64,000 bases of DNA from a virus, in IMG/VR virus record IMGVR_UViG_3300025914_000010, positions 1 through 64,000 of that record. One strand, given 5' to 3'. Shown here piece after piece: positions 1-9,189 of this stretch (position 1 is its first letter; each line of letters opens with the position of its first letter). A program made the position numbers and the translations under genes. The notes under the pieces were generated by a model. The model had not been told where the DNA came from and did no database searches. It worked only from the letters and a program-made list of their open reading frames with translations.

Positions 1-133
1 GCGCACAGTCGGCGACGGCAGAGTGTACAGCATTAAACTGCCGCCCCCGCTCTACGACTGGTTGCGCTCGCGACCGACCGAGGAGGTACGCGAGCATCTG
101 ACCCGGTGGATGGTCGAGGCGCATATCGTCTAG
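1..133 (+). CDS. Partial small hypothetical protein (5' truncated by window)
   Basis: Open frame ...RVYSIKLPPPLYDWLRSRPTEEVREHLTRWMVEAHIV* ending at TAG 131-133. Confidence 0.45.
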   Translation, partial: RTVGDGRVYSIKLPPPLYDWLRSRPTEEVREHLTRWMVEAHIV

Positions 134-207
134 AGACGTTTCCGAGATGCCAACGCCGATCCGTCTCGACCCGCACCGCCTGCTCGAATAACTAGAGACG
201 TTTCCGA
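130..207. repeat. Two exact 16-bp direct repeats CTAGAGACGTTTCCGA
   Basis: Copies at 130-145 and 192-207. Confidence 0.9.
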
Positions 208-263
208 CCGAGCGATCGACCGCCCCGACAACCCGCAGCCGGTCATCGTCCCACGCTAAATCG

Positions 264-300
264 ATGCCTGATTGGTTGCTCATGCGCTCTAATCAGGCAT
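264..300. terminator. Inverted repeat between convergent genes, possible terminator
   Basis: ATGCCTGATT (264-273) / AATCAGGCAT (291-300), with an A-tract at ~308-312 (U-tract on minus strand lies on the wrong side for a classic minus terminator, so function uncertain). Confidence 0.35.
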
Positions 301-339
301 GAGAACAAAAAATCCTGCAACAGACAAGCAGCGGCGCGG

Positions 340-579
340 CTAACCGGCGTCGTCAGCCTCATGTGGGTATTTCAGACAGTACGAGCAATTCGGCAGACAC
401 TCCTTGTCAAAATGAGCGCAGAACTCGGTAAACGCCGCCAGACCAACCTTCAGCCCATCGATCACGTCTGCGGGATTGTCCGCAATGACCGAACTCGTGC
501 GCATCTGCGGGACATGGCCGCGCCATTTGCCGTCATCGGTTTCGGTCAAGATGTACCGCTGCTCACGCTTGTGCCTCAC
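340..579 (-). CDS. Small HicB-like (antitoxin N-terminal fold) protein
   Basis: YILTETDDGKWRGHVPQMRTSSVIADNPADVIDGL resembles the HicB pattern (E-DG-W-A-VP-L-G-x-T-G-T-EEA). Confidence 0.45.
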   Translation of the reverse strand: MRHKREQRYILTETDDGKWRGHVPQMRTSSVIADNPADVIDGLKVGLAAFTEFCAHFDKECLPNCSYCLKYPHEADDAG

Positions 580-923
580 GCCTCCACCTCCTCCCCTTCC
601 AACCCCTCCTGCGCCTCCTCAACCACGCCCGCTTGCTCAAACTCGATTGCCTGCAAGAATGAGTCGTACGATCCAATGAGATTCTTGAGCGCGCTGATTT
701 TCTTGAACGTGTCGATAGGCACAGGCTCACCACCATTCAACCTAATCTCAATCGGAGGTATTAGCCATTCGAATGCCCAAACCTCACGTTCACGTGCTTC
801 ACACTCTGCCGCCATACGAGCTTCGTTTAGGCTGTTCACGTCTCCAACCCCTCCCGCGCCAGGGCGATCAGCCGCTGTGCCGCTGCGCTGCGACTGTAGT
901 TCAACCGGTCCTTCATGCCGCAT
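576..923 (-). CDS. Hypothetical phage protein (start uncertain)
   Basis: Overlapping stop/start chain with neighbours; acidic C-terminus. Confidence 0.55.
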   Translation of the reverse strand: MRHEGPVELQSQRSGTAADRPGAGGVGDVNSLNEARMAAECEAREREVWAFEWLIPPIEIRLNGGEPVPIDTFKKISALKNLIGSYDSFLQAIEFEQAGVVEEAQEGLEGEEVEA

Positions 924-1132
924 GGAAGCACAGCCACCCAGTGCCGCGAGTAGCCCCGAAACGTCGTACGAAGCGTCCCTGAACGGTTAGTGCGCCAAAC
1001 TGCGTTGCTCTCGCTGTGGACCTCACCAACAACAGCACCGTCCACTTCGACCCGATAGGCAGTCGGCTTGCGCTTGTCGTTCGCAGCGTGGTTGTAGGAA
1101 TGCGCTTTGATAGGAATAAACTTCACGCTCAT
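836..1132 (-). CDS. Hypothetical phage protein
   Basis: ATGA overlap with upstream HTH gene; GGAAGG RBS. Confidence 0.65.
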   Translation of the reverse strand: MSVKFIPIKAHSYNHAANDKRKPTAYRVEVDGAVVGEVHSESNAVWRTNRSGTLRTTFRGYSRHWVAVLPCGMKDRLNYSRSAAAQRLIALAREGLET

Positions 1133-1425
1133 GGTGTCGCCTTCCTCCCCTCCCCCTCGCCGGTCCCCGCTCCCCCGTCGTCTCGGGTGGGGGTGGAGGA
1201 ACGGCGGTTCTTGCTGCCCGGTGGGCGCCCGCCCTTGACACGAGGAACGCCTTCTGGTTGCGTCCGCGCCTTGTACGCCGCCAACTCCTGCACGTGGATT
1301 AGCCGACGACCGTACAGACCACGCGCATTCAGTCGCCCCTTCGTGATAGCGATCCTCAATGCGGCCTCAGTCACGCCGAGCGCCGACGCAGCCTCGGGGA
1401 TCGTCATGTAGTCTTCAGGTTCCAT
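1129..1425 (-). CDS. Excisionase/MerR-like HTH DNA-binding protein with AT-hook-like tail
   Basis: YMTIPEAASALGVTEAALRIAITKGRLNA is a typical HTH_17 pattern; KGGRPPGSKN tail. Confidence 0.8.
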   Translation of the reverse strand: MEPEDYMTIPEAASALGVTEAALRIAITKGRLNARGLYGRRLIHVQELAAYKARTQPEGVPRVKGGRPPGSKNRRSSTPTRDDGGAGTGEGEGRKATP

Positions 1426-1431
1426 GCGAGT

Positions 1432-1461
1432 AGTATACCAAAATAATTTATGTTTGTGCAA
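1432..1461 (-). promoter_or_regulatory. Sigma70-type promoter for the HTH gene, probably giving a leaderless mRNA
   Basis: TTGCAC-18nt-TATACT with extended TG; ATG 7 nt downstream of -10. Confidence 0.6.
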
Positions 1462-1481
1462 GGTATTTATCAATAAAGCTA

Positions 1482-1510
1482 TTGACAAGGTAAAGTATCT
1501 GTGATACAAT
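1482..1510 (+). promoter_or_regulatory. Sigma70-type promoter, divergent from the previous one
   Basis: TTGACA-17nt-TACAAT. Confidence 0.8.
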
Positions 1511-1546
1511 AAGACAACACTGAAACGAACCGAGGAGACAACGACA

Positions 1547-1762
1547 ATGACACTACGAGAATTCTGCACCGCTCACGCCAACGACCGATTTACGATCGAA
1601 GATGACAGCTTGGGGCCAACCCCGCAGGTGACGCCGTACGATGCGGACGATGTTTCAACTTATTGGACGGGAACCGCGCTTCAGTCTGCACTGGTTGAGT
1701 ACGGCGGCGACTTCGCGAAGATGCTTGACGGCGACTTTATCCCTGAAGTCAAGTTCTGCTAG
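1547..1762 (+). CDS. Hypothetical protein
   Basis: GAGGAG RBS; first gene after the promoter. Confidence 0.7.
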   Translation: MTLREFCTAHANDRFTIEDDSLGPTPQVTPYDADDVSTYWTGTALQSALVEYGGDFAKMLDGDFIPEVKFC

Positions 1763-1838
1763 GTGCCCCGCCACCGACGAACCGGGGGCGCGCGCGAGGG
1801 AGACGACGACGACGACGAGGGGAAGGAGACAGCGAGCG

Positions 1839-2060
1839 ATGAAAGATACCGGGTTAGGGAGCATGGCAACAGTTACACGCATTGAAGGATGGGAAGTCAC
1901 ATGCCCGAAGTGCGGAGAGGGTGTTGGAAGTCCGGGTACAGGCGCGTTTATGTGGATCGCACAGGACTTGCTGAACCACGACGGCAAAGTACACTGCTAT
2001 CAATGCGGCTTCGACTCGCGCCTGCCCGCTCGATATATCAAGAAAGCGAAAACGCCATGA
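1839..2060 (+). CDS. Small zinc-ribbon protein
   Basis: CPKC...CYQC; AAGGAG RBS. Confidence 0.6.
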   Translation: MKDTGLGSMATVTRIEGWEVTCPKCGEGVGSPGTGAFMWIAQDLLNHDGKVHCYQCGFDSRLPARYIKKAKTP

Positions 2061-2572
2061 GCAACGACCTGCCCGACAAAATCACACTGGCCGACCTCGG
2101 AGGCATCGACTTCGGCACGCCGCAGGACTGGACCCCCACACCCCACCCCGCGCCGCCGCCGTCGGACGACACGAGCGCACTCAATCGCGAGATTGCGACT
2201 TTGCGCGGCTGGCACGACGCCGTGACGGTAGACCCGGAAGGCAACGAGCACAACATCGTCCGCAACGACGAAACCGATGAAGAGGAGTATGATTGGGATG
2301 CGCTGCCCGACTACGCCTCCGACCCGGCTGCCGCGTTCGAGCTGCTCCAGCACTGTCAAACTATTCGCGGCGTCAGTCGCGGTAAAGTGATGGATAACTG
2401 CGGAGGTATCAAGTTTACGATCTACAATGACACGCGGCAAGTCGTCGAATGGAGTGTTTGGCGCGGCCCGAACGGATACGCTGAGGCCGACACACTCACC
2501 GAAGCCATTGCAAGAGCCTGCCACGCCGCCCTCGCCGCAATCAAAGGAGACCGAGACGATGGAACCAACTAA
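2057..2572 (+). CDS. Phage ABA-sandwich / BC1872-like protein
   Basis: LNREIA..GW...LPDYASDPAAAFELL...ADTLTEAIARA pattern. Confidence 0.65.
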   Translation: MSNDLPDKITLADLGGIDFGTPQDWTPTPHPAPPPSDDTSALNREIATLRGWHDAVTVDPEGNEHNIVRNDETDEEEYDWDALPDYASDPAAAFELLQHCQTIRGVSRGKVMDNCGGIKFTIYNDTRQVVEWSVWRGPNGYAEADTLTEAIARACHAALAAIKGDRDDGTN

Positions 2573-2858
2573 GACGCCCACGGCATTCAGTCCTGGGCCG
2601 TGGGAGATAGACGAATTCCGCGAATCCTACAGCGGCAGACATACAGCGTTTATTGCCCAAGTTGGGGGTCAGCGAGTCGCGCAAGTTCGATACACCGACG
2701 CCACAGCCACAGAACGCAAGGCGAACGCTTATCTAATATCTGAGTCACCTGCCATGTATTCTGCGTTGCTTACGGCGCGCGAGCACCTACTACGCTATTC
2801 CGATAGTACGAACGTGGACTATATCGACAACGTGCTTGCAAAAGCGAGAGGCGAATGA
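2559..2858 (+). CDS. Conserved phage hypothetical protein
   Basis: FSPGPW...ANAYLISESPAMYSAL...LAKARGE, a common phage small-protein pattern. Confidence 0.7.
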   Translation: MEPTKTPTAFSPGPWEIDEFRESYSGRHTAFIAQVGGQRVAQVRYTDATATERKANAYLISESPAMYSALLTAREHLLRYSDSTNVDYIDNVLAKARGE

Positions 2859-3445
2859 TGATGGAACGAACTGACACCCCGCCCCCGACGCAGGGCTACG
2901 GCCACGATGAATTTCTGAACGACCTGCTTGAGAACATACCAGAAGAATGGGACACTGACGAAGCAGCAGAAGCGATTGCCATTGACTACTTGCGACACCT
3001 GGAAAGCGAGGTGAAACGGTTAGGCGGACGGTTCTATCCGTGGGCCGATGACACCCCGGCGCAAGGCGAGCGGGGCGAGGAGCCGATGCACCGGTACGCC
3101 AACCGCGACCCGGCCGCATTGGAACCTTACTACTCATGGCATGTTCAAGCCATGACCGAGGAAGGGCTGCACGCGAAGTCGGCAATAGCGGCTGAGTTAG
3201 CGTTTCGGGATGCCGAGATCACTGCCCTCCGACTAAATTGCAAAGTGCATCAGCGAGCATTCCGAGAACAGCGGGAGGTTGCGCAGGACGCAGGCGAGAA
3301 GTTGTTCCGGGCGCGGGAGGAAGTCGCCGGCCTGCGGGCGCGGCTGGGGGAGGCGGAAGTGGCACTGCGTCAGATGAGAGGGGAGTGTATGGAGCCGTCG
3401 CCGCCGTCAGCCACAGGGCAGGTGGCAGAAGGGAAGCAACCATGA
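2855..3445 (+). CDS. Hypothetical coiled-coil phage protein
   Basis: Overlapping stop/start chain; HVQAMTEEGLHAKSAIAAELA segment. Confidence 0.6.
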   Translation: MMMERTDTPPPTQGYGHDEFLNDLLENIPEEWDTDEAAEAIAIDYLRHLESEVKRLGGRFYPWADDTPAQGERGEEPMHRYANRDPAALEPYYSWHVQAMTEEGLHAKSAIAAELAFRDAEITALRLNCKVHQRAFREQREVAQDAGEKLFRAREEVAGLRARLGEAEVALRQMRGECMEPSPPSATGQVAEGKQP

Positions 3446-3873
3446 ACTACTACGCTGAAATGGAACAGAGAATCGACCAATTAACCGGCACGCTCCGCGC
3501 CGTCACCGCCGAGAGGGATGCGCTGCGGGAAGGGATTAAACAGCTTGCCGAAGAGTACGACGGCGAATACGAATTGGCACTATCGGCAGCATGTCGCGAC
3601 CTAATATTTCTGCTCGCCTTAGCAGACCGGGTGCGCGAGCAGGCGGCGGCGGGGCAGGCAGAGGAAGGGGAGGGAGGAGGGAAGGCGACGTGAGCGCACG
3701 CATCTTAGACATTGTGACAGAACGCCCGCCCGACGCTGGTGAAACCGTATTCTACGTCTGCTGGATCGACTGCACCGGCAAGCACGGGCAAGCGCGCAGG
3801 CCAAGAAGCTGCCACGCGGCCACGAACGAAGTGCGCGACCTTCAGCGCAAGTACCCGGAGACGCGATACTTTA

Positions 3874-4056
3874 TCATGCGCGAGACGACTCCTGAGCCTC
3901 CTCGCGCAGCCGTCTAGCCTCTTGCTCCCGCTTACCCACAGGAGGCTTCTTCTTCGCCTGCTGCTCCCGTCCTCCTGCGCGAGCGGAGGCCGGGGCGACA
4001 ACCGGGCCGGTGCCGACGTACTTTTTGATGCGTTCGATTTTCTGTTCGAGGGTCAT
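3874..4056 (-). CDS. Small basic protein coupled to the integrase
   Basis: ATGA overlap with integrase stop; AGGAGG RBS. Confidence 0.5.
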   Translation of the reverse strand: MTLEQKIERIKKYVGTGPVVAPASARAGGREQQAKKKPPVGKREQEARRLREEAQESSRA

Positions 4057-5102
4057 CTCGGTATCCTCCTAAACGCTGCCTGACGGTGGGCTGACATGGC
4101 GCGTTGTATGCGTGGATCGATTGGTTGTTGTTTCGGCTCGTGCTCGACTTCCATCGAAGCAATCAGCGCGTGTAATTCCTGCTGATCCATCCCCAAGTAG
4201 TTGTAGGAAGTGGCGGCATCACTGTGGCCGTAGAACGTCTGGATGTGCTTGATCGTACACCCTTTCACCTTCATCAGCGACGTGCCAGCAAACCGCCGGA
4301 ACGCGTGCGCCGAGAGGGGGCCTTTCTGGTCGATGCCCGCGATCCGGCAGAGCGCGACGAGAATTCCTTTCATCCTCTGTTCACTCATCGGGCGCACGAT
4401 CGGGCGCACGATCGGCGCGCCGCCCTGCGAGAACACCGGGACCGCGAACAGCCGCTCGTGCTCGCACGGCCTGTTCTCGATCCACGCCCGAACATGGCGC
4501 ACGGCGTTCGGGTGCAACGGCAGGGACCGGCTCTTACCGCCCTTGCCTTGCCGAACGGTAATCATCGGAAGCTTGTCGGATAGATCCAGGTCGGTTACGT
4601 GGAGCGCGCACACCTCCGCGCGGCGCAGCCCCGTGTACGCCAGGACCGCGAGTACCGCCGTCGCGAGATGCGCGCGGTAGAGCTGGTTGTCGCCGCGCCC
4701 GTCGATTAGGCGCGGGCACGCGTCGAAGAGCGCCTGCACCTCCTCGCGAGTCGCCCACCGCTTGCGCGGTTTCTCCGTCACCTTCACTTTGATCTCACCG
4801 ATCTCCGCGCACTGCTCCAAGCCGATCGCCTTCCGCTCCTTGTACAGCCACTTCGCAAAACTCTGGAACGCGGCGACCGCCGCCGCCCGTGTCCGCTGAG
4901 CACGCCCGGTCCGCTTGCGCAGGGTATCGTACATCCGCACGTAGTCGGCTGTCAGGTCGCCCGGTTCCGGCACGCGGCCGAGCTTCCCCGTCAACCACTT
5001 CACCAGCCCGCGCAGATGCGACACGTACGCGTGCCCGCTCGCACTGCTCCATCCCATCTTGTTGCACTTGTCCGCCCGGAACGCCTCGATCAGTTCGTCC
5101 AT
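4053..5102 (-). CDS. int: Tyrosine integrase/recombinase
   Basis: Catalytic R (TGLRRAE), K (GKGGKSR), H-x-x-R (HAFRR), H (GHSD) and Y (SYNYL); N-terminal SAM-like domain. Confidence 0.95.
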   Translation of the reverse strand: MDELIEAFRADKCNKMGWSSASGHAYVSHLRGLVKWLTGKLGRVPEPGDLTADYVRMYDTLRKRTGRAQRTRAAAVAAFQSFAKWLYKERKAIGLEQCAEIGEIKVKVTEKPRKRWATREEVQALFDACPRLIDGRGDNQLYRAHLATAVLAVLAYTGLRRAEVCALHVTDLDLSDKLPMITVRQGKGGKSRSLPLHPNAVRHVRAWIENRPCEHERLFAVPVFSQGGAPIVRPIVRPMSEQRMKGILVALCRIAGIDQKGPLSAHAFRRFAGTSLMKVKGCTIKHIQTFYGHSDAATSYNYLGMDQQELHALIASMEVEHEPKQQPIDPRIQRAMSAHRQAAFRRIPR

Positions 5103-5417
5103 TTGCGTGATCTCCTACTGACGATAAGTATACATGCGTCTACAATTATTGCAAGCATAAAACACCAAATTAATAAAAACGCGTAGAAATGCTGTAGGTA
5201 TCTTTACTGTGATTGTGTCTACCAGGGACCGTGAAATTAACGCTGATTATATGTCAGGTGTCTACGTGATTGAAGATTAGTAGAGGAGTTAAAAGCGGGG
5301 CGTCGGGGTTATGAGTGCCGGGATCGGTCGTTAATGTATTTTAAGAATGAATAGCCGGGAACTTACAGGTATATGGCGCACCGAACGAGCAATTAACGTT
5401 TGGCGTTAATGGGGTTG
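5103..5417. other. Probable attP region
   Basis: AT-rich 315-bp gap between int and repressor with repeated GTCTAC and AATTAACG/CGTTAAT motifs (arm-site-like). Confidence 0.5.
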
Positions 5418-5771
5418 TTAAACGGCCAGAAGTTCCGACAGACCGCGCGCATGATCCACAAGCAAACGTTCCGCCACGGCGCGTTTGTCCGGTCCGATCT
5501 GCATTAGGTAACCTTCGATTTGACGCGCCAACCGAACGTCAAGCTTAGTCTCCTCGGTACGCGTAAACACGCGGACTGCCTCCGCCTTGTTACAGCGATA
5601 GGCGTCTACAAGCTTTTCAACCGTAGACCACTCGGTTCCACTCTCACCGTTCTCTATCCGATTTACCTGCTGACGCGACATACCTGCCAGCTTTGCCGCT
5701 GCCTCCTGTGTTAACGGCACGTTGAGGCGCGCCTCTTTCAAGTACGCGCCTATTTTGCTATCCACAACCAT
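5418..5771 (-). CDS. CI-like XRE-family repressor
   Basis: LKEARLNVPLTQEAAAKLAGMSRQQVNRIENG HTH_3; GGAGGTG RBS; divergent from Cro-like gene. Confidence 0.9.
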   Translation of the reverse strand: MVVDSKIGAYLKEARLNVPLTQEAAAKLAGMSRQQVNRIENGESGTEWSTVEKLVDAYRCNKAEAVRVFTRTEETKLDVRLARQIEGYLMQIGPDKRAVAERLLVDHARGLSELLAV

Positions 5772-5802
5772 CACCTCCACTCTGTGACAGATTGTCCTAT
5801 AC

Positions 5803-5826
5803 ATGTTACAACATTTAATGTAACAT
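5803..5826. promoter_or_regulatory. Candidate repressor operator
   Basis: ATGTTACA-8nt-TGTAACAT inverted repeat; TTGTCCTAT and TGTAACATT recur around the promoter at 6139-6169. Confidence 0.55.
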
Positions 5827-5852
5827 TGCAAGAGACACCGCGTAAACTACGG

Positions 5853-5881
5853 TTGACAAATGGTATTTATATCTGTATAAT
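5853..5881 (+). promoter_or_regulatory. Lytic (PR-like) promoter
   Basis: Perfect TTGACA-17nt-TATAAT. Confidence 0.9.
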
Positions 5882-5888
5882 TGTTCAC

Positions 5889-6122
5889 ATGAGAACCTCA
5901 ACTTCCAAAAAGTTCATCTACAATGCCGACCCTGTAGCTGCTGAGCGTCGACGGCGCAACATCACACAGGAAACGATAGCCAAGCAAATCGGCTATACGC
6001 GCCAGCAAGTGAACCGTGCGGAAAACGGCGAAAGCGCGTCCTTTGTCCTGCTGCAAAGGCTATGCAAGGCTCTCGATGTTCCCCTATCTGAAGTCATTCC
6101 CGATCTATCTGCGGTTGCTTAA
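5889..6122 (+). CDS. Cro-like XRE HTH protein
   Basis: ERRRRNITQETIAKQIGYTRQQVNRAENG. Confidence 0.9.
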   Translation: MRTSTSKKFIYNADPVAAERRRRNITQETIAKQIGYTRQQVNRAENGESASFVLLQRLCKALDVPLSEVIPDLSAVA

Positions 6123-6151
6123 ACTATTTTAGGCTAATTTGTCCTATTTAC

Positions 6152-6180
6152 TTGACATGGTGTAACATTCATGGTACAAT
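6152..6180 (+). promoter_or_regulatory. Early promoter
   Basis: TTGACA-17nt-TACAAT with a TGTAACAT half-site in the spacer. Confidence 0.8.
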
Positions 6181-6218
6181 CCTATCAGTTCACACGAATT
6201 GATCGGAGGCGCGACACG

Positions 6219-6470
6219 ATGGATCGACAAGCAATCAAGCAAGCCCTATTCCTGCAGAAAGTGCAAATCGAACTCTTGGAAAATGCTCGGCAGGCGCGAC
6301 AGGCCGCTAGCGACTTTAGTCACGCTGGCTTTGCGTTTACCGGGTTCAGGCTCAGCAAGGAAGAATTCGCGACGATCGACGCGTTCCGTAAGATCGCCGC
6401 ACGGATAGAACAGGAGTGCCAGGAAGCGATCAACAACCCTGCGATCTTGCAGGCAGAGGCGCAATCATGA
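6219..6470 (+). CDS. Hypothetical protein
   Basis: GGAGG RBS after promoter. Confidence 0.65.
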   Translation: MDRQAIKQALFLQKVQIELLENARQARQAASDFSHAGFAFTGFRLSKEEFATIDAFRKIAARIEQECQEAINNPAILQAEAQS

Positions 6471-6865
6471 CAACCGCAACCACCGACCGACCGCGAACCA
6501 CGACGCGCGCGGCCAACAAACACGAGAAGGCAGACAGCCTGTACAAATTGGGTTACCGGATCACGCGGGTTCGCAATATGGAGATTTTGATCTCGAACCC
6601 ATCTGGCGCCATCTACCACATCGACTGCACAGCCGGAACGTGCAGCTGCCCCGCATCGGTAGCGTGCTGTCACCTGCTCGGAATTCACGGACTGCTACTC
6701 GATCAGGGCAACGCCCTCGGGTGCCGGGCGCAAGAGATGCTCCGCGCTGGTGGGAACACGGCGGAATGGATGACGCTGGCGGGGCGTGCGAAGCGGATGA
6801 GCGATCGGGCGTTTGATGTGTTGCTGGCGTTGGAAGCGAGAGACAACAAAGGGGCGGATGCTTAG
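6467..6865 (+). CDS. SWIM zinc-finger-like protein
   Basis: YHID...CSCPASVACCHL (CxC..CxH). Confidence 0.65.
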   Translation: MTTATTDRPRTTTRAANKHEKADSLYKLGYRITRVRNMEILISNPSGAIYHIDCTAGTCSCPASVACCHLLGIHGLLLDQGNALGCRAQEMLRAGGNTAEWMTLAGRAKRMSDRAFDVLLALEARDNKGADA

Positions 6866-7057
6866 AACAACCGCCCCGGCTCCCCGACCAGTGAGCATAG
6901 GTAAGCATTGTACCCGACCACTGGACGCCAGCGACCGCAGAAGATAGTCGCGTCCGCATCGCCTGAGAGAGCGATAGCAAGTCACACAGAATTCAGCGGC
7001 CCGGCTCCCGTCCCGGAACCGAGCCGCACCACCCGAAAGGACCGGGATACCAACATT

Positions 7058-7687
7058 ATGGCAGATCCAATACTCGCATGGCACTTTCGAGACAAAGACG
7101 GCACAACTAGCCGGCTAGCAAAGCCTGAAGAAGTCGGCGTTCGCTATTCCGTCACGCCACCGATCACCTGTTGCCGAAACGGACTGCACGGTTCGATCCG
7201 AGCGATTGACGCTCTCGGACACGCTGCATCGACCACAGCGATTGTCTGCCGGACTTCCCACGAAGGCGAGGTGGATCATCAGTCCGACAAGATCGCGTCC
7301 GAGCATCGAACCGTTCTGTGGCAGGCGGATTGTACGGCGGTTTTCCATGAGTTCGCGTGTCTGTGTGCCGAGCAATCGTTCGAAGTTATCAAAAAGCGCG
7401 GGACGGTTGTCGCGCCTGAAATGCTAGCGTGTGTGGATGCGAAGCGGAAGTGGTTGCGCGGAGAGATCAGTGACTCTGAACTGTATGCCGCCAGCGATGC
7501 CGCCTACGCTGCCGCCCGCGATGCCGCCAGCGATGCCGCCTACGCTGCCGCCTACGCTGCCGCCAGCGATGCCGCCTACGCTGCCGCCCGCGATGCCGCC
7601 CGCGCTGCCGCCCGCGCTGCCCAAAACACTTTGTTGGAAGAAATGCTCAACGCGCTTCAACCGAGAGGAGTACTGACCAATGGCTGA
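7058..7687 (+). CDS. Conserved phage protein with alanine-rich repeat tail
   Basis: AWHF...CRNGLHGS...DAL..A...DKIA..RTVLW pattern; AAxD/AAxA repeats. Confidence 0.75.
   Translation: MADPILAWHFRDKDGTTSRLAKPEEVGVRYSVTPPITCCRNGLHGSIRAIDALGHAASTTAIVCRTSHEGEVDHQSDKIASEHRTVLWQADCTAVFHEFACLCAEQSFEVIKKRGTVVAPEMLACVDAKRKWLRGEISDSELYAASDAAYAAARDAASDAAYAAAYAAASDAAYAAARDAARAAARAAQNTLLEEMLNALQPRGVLTNG
7487..7618 (+). repeat. 11 x 12-bp coding tandem repeat GCCGCC(AGC/TAC/CGC)G(A/C)T
   Basis: Encodes AASD AAYA AARD ... AARA. Confidence 0.9.
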
Positions 7688-8084
7688 CCTCTACCCCTGC
7701 CCAGCGCCGTCCTGCCCCGCTTTCCTCGACGCCCTGCCGGACTGCGACGACGACCCCGAAACCCTCGCCGCGGTAGACGCCGGAACGGACGCGGCGTACC
7801 GGCAACTCGGGTTCCACACGGAACTCGTTGCGCAGAACCTCCGGGCCGAGGCGGAGATGCGAAACAACGTCGTCCGGGACCGCGACGGGTCGCCGTGCTA
7901 CTTCGCCCCGCTGCGCCCCGATCCCGGCGAACTGCGGAGGCTGGAACTCGCGGAGGCGGCTGAGGAGGCCGAGAAGGGGCGGCGGAAGCGGCTCGCGGCA
8001 GTTGAGGAGGAGTTGGCGGCGGCGCGGGTACGGGTGGCGATGTTGGAGGGGTTGCTGGCGAGGAAGGAGCGGGCGGCGGCATGA
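7680..8084 (+). CDS. Hypothetical coiled-coil protein
   Basis: AGGAG RBS; overlapping operon chain. Confidence 0.55.
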   Translation: MADLYPCPAPSCPAFLDALPDCDDDPETLAAVDAGTDAAYRQLGFHTELVAQNLRAEAEMRNNVVRDRDGSPCYFAPLRPDPGELRRLELAEAAEEAEKGRRKRLAAVEEELAAARVRVAMLEGLLARKERAAA

Positions 8085-8347
8085 CACGCGCCCTGCTCGA
8101 CTACCTCGCCGCCTGCCTCGCCGCACGCACGGAACCGGACTACCGCCGCGTCTGCGCTATCACCGGCGTGACTGGCTTAGAGGCCGACCGCCTCGTGCAG
8201 CAGGCGTACGCACATATCGCACGGCAGCAGGTATCGGGCTGGCGGCATGAGCGGAAGTCGCAGGAGACGCGACGGCGGATCGGGGCCGGGGTGCGGCGGG
8301 CGCGGGAGGTCGGGGTGTTGGAGTTTGAGGAAGGGAGGGCTGCGTGA
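8081..8347 (+). CDS. Hypothetical protein
   Basis: ATGA overlap; basic C-terminus. Confidence 0.5.
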   Translation: MTRALLDYLAACLAARTEPDYRRVCAITGVTGLEADRLVQQAYAHIARQQVSGWRHERKSQETRRRIGAGVRRAREVGVLEFEEGRAA

Positions 8348-8604
8348 GAGCGTGTTGCAACTGTTATTTCTACCGCTTCAAAGCCAGCCACGACAGCGGA
8401 CCTGCAAACGAAATCGGCTGCTGCGACAGCCCAAAGACGAATGAGCAGATCAGGCCAGCCGGCGTTGCGTACGCGCTCTCACTCCTATCAGGCCACATCC
8501 CGGAAGACGTGTACCTTCGCAACTTGGAATCGCTGAGGCGCGAGATGACCGACTTCCGGGTGCGCGGCGACTTTCGCTGCATCAATTGGCAGAAAAGATC
8601 GTGA
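8344..8604 (+). CDS. Cys-rich hypothetical protein
   Basis: CCNC...CCD...FRCINW; GTG start with GGAGG. Confidence 0.5.
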   Translation: MRACCNCYFYRFKASHDSGPANEIGCCDSPKTNEQIRPAGVAYALSLLSGHIPEDVYLRNLESLRREMTDFRVRGDFRCINWQKRS

Positions 8605-9089
8605 CCATCGAAGCCGCCCACACCTACATTCGCGACTGCACCACGAGCGGGCGACCCGTTGACCTCGAACACGCGGGGAAGTTGAGCGGATTGCGCGGCC
8701 CGTCGCTCCATCGGTTCGTGGTGGACTGCCAGGCGAGCGGACCGGTTCCGAAGTCCGGCGGGAAGCGGCGCAAGATCGCGAGTGCAGAGGACGGTTGGCT
8801 GGCACTCGCGGCGGTGGTCTTGGGTGGTGATTGTGAGGAAGAAGAGGAGGCAGAGGAAGATGGGCAGCCAGACGCGCTATCGGAATGAGTACGGCACGAC
8901 AACCGGCTCCTACCACGAGCAGGGAACCACTCAGGACGCGCGGGAAGCCGCCGTAGAACGCCGCAGACGGGCATGGCGGGCGTGCCGGGTCAACGACGCT
9001 ATCAACGCGGTCGTGATCTCTCTCTGCTTCCTGGCGCTCGCTGGAACGCTCGGGTGGGCAGCGGTTTCGATCCTGATGGGGTGCGGGCA

Positions 9090-9128
9090 ATGACACAGCC
9101 TCGGCTGCTGGACTTGTTCTGCGGGGCG
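9090..9128 (+). pseudogene. Orphaned original N-terminus of the C5 methyltransferase
   Basis: MTQPRLLDLFCGA, cut at motif I by the endonuclease insertion; paralogous to MRRPRLLDLYAGA at 9738. Confidence 0.75.
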
Positions 9129-9189
9129 TCAAGTATACAGAATAAGTCAAAAAGGTATAATATAAGCAATCAATTGCAGGAGGGCTTAT

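Noticed and set aside
130-207. Mini-CRISPR array
   Set aside because: Only two 16-bp repeats, too short, and no cas genes
7487-7618. Alanine repeat as a regulatory array
   Set aside because: In-frame coding repeat of a type common in this phage protein family
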